Below, piece by piece: positions 62,225 to 64,000 of a DNA stretch of 64,000 nt. Position numbers and translations under genes: made by a program. This stretch comes from Veleropilina oligotropha. Its lineage: Eukaryota. The stretch covers positions 682,001 to 746,000 of the forward strand of contig JBEUKZ010000112.1 of NCBI GenBank assembly GCA_048128005.1, written 5' to 3'. The notes beneath the pieces were generated by a model. That model was not told the origin of the DNA and ran no database searches. It saw only the letters and a list, made by a program, of their open reading frames with translations. The stretch's first letter is position 1. The number at the start of each line of letters is the position of its first letter.

Positions 62225-62354
62225 CTGTAATAGCAACACTGTGAACTTTATAGAGAGTTTAATATAAAACAAATTGCATAAACTGAAAGTTAGTAAATAA
62301 CAAGTATGGCACCATCAGTTAAACAATCACAAGAACATGCCAAACATTTAAAAG

Positions 62355-63356
62355 CTAAGCTGGAATTCGGATATACTGATTAAATTGAGAGCTTTTCCAT
62401 CTACCCCAACATTTAATAATATTGTCGTCCACACCTCTTATAGCACACTCGGTTGCTGCTCCAATTCTGAAAGAATGCGATCTAAAATGCCCGGCATGAA
62501 TCCCACAAAATTGTAATGCTTTCTGGAGCATGGCGGAAAATTGATATCTAGTGAGAGGTGAGACATCCAGGTGTATTAATAGCTGAGAGTGCATATCGGA
62601 AGTGGTAGGCCGCATTTTAAAAAATTTGCTCAAGGCTAACACTGGACAAACAACCGTATTACCTACTTCACTTATACAAAGTGTGGCTGATCGTTGTCTC
62701 TGATCAGTTTTGGACAACCTTATTGTTAATTTTATTAGCTGAACACCGTTATCAGATATAATATTGATATCGGTACACTTAATAGGACGACTGTCACTGC
62801 ATTTCTTGTTCTTCGATGTCAATTCACCCACCCCGAGAAATGCAAAAAATGCCAAAGTATAAGCGGATGTAAAAAGTGCAGCCTCGTAATCAGATGCGCA
62901 AATTTTGGGAAGAACCGCTACTATCTGCTGTAATATTTTCATTGTCACTGGTGACCTAGTATCTACCGAAGGTCTTTTGCATCTCAAACCTTCCAGTAAT
63001 TTCAGAATAATAAACCTTTTTGTGGTGTCATTCAAACCTTTATACTTATGGACATAAGAGAGCCCACAAATGTAAGTGGCTATTGACGAAGCAGCCAGTC
63101 CTTTAAGGGAAAGATGGCTGATGTAATTGACCAAATATTCCACTGGAGCCGGCCAAATAATTGGCAAGTTGTACGTTACCAAAAAAGACTGATAGCATTG
63201 CAAGGCATTGTTATAGGTTCTCCATGTCTCACTCGACATAGATTGATTAATCAAACGACTAGCTTCTATCGACAGATGTTCCATGCTTCTGGCGGAATAG
63301 GCATTGGTAGCGGGTCTGCTCCTGGAGCAAGTTCTTTGAATTTCTTGAACTGACAA
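62355..63356 (-). CDS. Tyrosine recombinase (DIRS/Ngaro YR)
   Basis: SKTDQ, SHSFRIGAAT, GRWKS...YIR; first catalytic Arg position reads Gly (FLGVGE). Confidence 0.93.
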   Translation of the reverse strand: MSVQEIQRTCSRSRPATNAYSARSMEHLSIEASRLINQSMSSETWRTYNNALQCYQSFLVTYNLPIIWPAPVEYLVNYISHLSLKGLAASSIATYICGLSYVHKYKGLNDTTKRFIILKLLEGLRCKRPSVDTRSPVTMKILQQIVAVLPKICASDYEAALFTSAYTLAFFAFLGVGELTSKNKKCSDSRPIKCTDINIISDNGVQLIKLTIRLSKTDQRQRSATLCISEVGNTVVCPVLALSKFFKMRPTTSDMHSQLLIHLDVSPLTRYQFSAMLQKALQFCGIHAGHFRSHSFRIGAATECAIRGVDDNIIKCWGRWKSSQFNQYIRIPA

Positions 63357-64000
63357 CGAGAAATAGCATCCACTATTACATTTCTATAGCCAGGTATATG
63401 TACTGCTTTAATCAGTATATTATGTTTTAATTGAAGAACTAGCTTACGAACCAGATTCATCGTTCTCTCTGATTTTGATGTTTTCTTATTAACAATGAAT
63501 ACCACAGACTTGTTATCAATGTTAAATATAATTTTCTTGTTTTCTAACGAAACCCCCCAAATGAGTAAAGCGACCATTACAGGGAACAATTCCAGAAATG
63601 TAATATCACTCAGAATGCCTTCTCTAGCCCACAATTCCGGCCATCTGCTGTGAGCCCAGGAACCTCTGAAATAAATGCCAAAACCTCTTTCTTCTCCACC
63701 TGAACTGTCTGTAAAAAATTCCAACTGGTCACTACTAACCCAAAAACGATCCCGCATGACCGTTGCGCCATTGTAAGATTTCAAAAACTTGAGCCACATT
63801 TTCAAGTCTTCCTTCAATGCTACAGTTACTCGTAACCTATGTTTTGGATTACTGATCCCTATAGTTGCATTAATCAGACGCCTACAAAAAGCTCTACCAG
63901 GTGCTACTACTTGGCATGCAAAGTTCAGTAAACCTATCAGAGACTGCATTTCTTTTAGCGTTATTTTTCTCCGCTGGATAGTGTAGGCAATTTTTTCTTC
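63266..64000 (-). CDS. DIRS/Ngaro RT C-terminus plus RNase H (continues beyond the window)
   Basis: QSLIGLLNFACQVV.PGR.F.RRL, FTDSS, ITFLELFP, IDNKSVV, HIPG..NVIVDAISR. Confidence 0.93.
   Translation of the reverse strand, partial: EEKIAYTIQRRKITLKEMQSLIGLLNFACQVVAPGRAFCRRLINATIGISNPKHRLRVTVALKEDLKMWLKFLKSYNGATVMRDRFWVSSDQLEFFTDSSGGEERGFGIYFRGSWAHSRWPELWAREGILSDITFLELFPVMVALLIWGVSLENKKIIFNIDNKSVVFIVNKKTSKSERTMNLVRKLVLQLKHNILIKAVHIPGYRNVIVDAISRCQFKKFKELAPGADPLPMPIPPEAWNICR

Larger units (their letters stand above)
60022..64000 (-). mobile_element. Ngaro-type (DIRS order) tyrosine-recombinase retrotransposon, 3' portion
   Basis: Overlapping RT/RNase H and YR ORFs, downstream SGNH ORF, and B1-A2-B2 split direct repeats. 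Confidence 0.92.

Noticed and set aside
61632..64000. Prokaryotic system (phage integrase plus RT: retron, DGR or contamination)
   Set aside because: The RT/RNase H-YR overlap and split direct repeats are those of eukaryotic DIRS/Ngaro elements, and the region is contiguous with metazoan repeats.

Overview
AT-rich, intron-containing eukaryotic DNA. The repeat families and TTAGGG tracts fit a lophotrochozoan invertebrate, probably a mollusc (inference). There are two host genes on the + strand. (1) Neurochondrin (NCDN): 16 phase-consistent GT-AG coding exons at 494-20351, about 637 aa visible, N-terminus upstream of the window. (2) A two-exon family-92 (DUF23) glycosyltransferase at 36728-38491, 462 aa. 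The rest is a dense nest of mobile DNA: TA-flanked MITEs, Helentron/HINE-type elements carrying satellite arrays, three SINE families, two CR1/L2-group LINEs, an RTE fragment, an Academ-like element, two Tc1 (DD34E) transposases, a PIF/Harbinger remnant, a full-length Ty3/Gypsy (Mag-like) element with LTRs, PBS, PPT and TSD, and the 3' part of an Ngaro-type tyrosine-recombinase retroelement with an SGNH-hydrolase ORF and split direct repeats. Most unusual observations: a 63-bp minisatellite that multiplied an NCDN exon end and its splice donor ten times in frame; an ATG-less Ngaro SGNH ORF behind a splice acceptor; a LINE inserted into TTAGGG repeats with telomere-like microhomology at both ends; and unrelated long hairpins sharing a CTCG-N5-7-CTCG apex. 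No database searches were run; all family calls rest on recognising motifs by eye.
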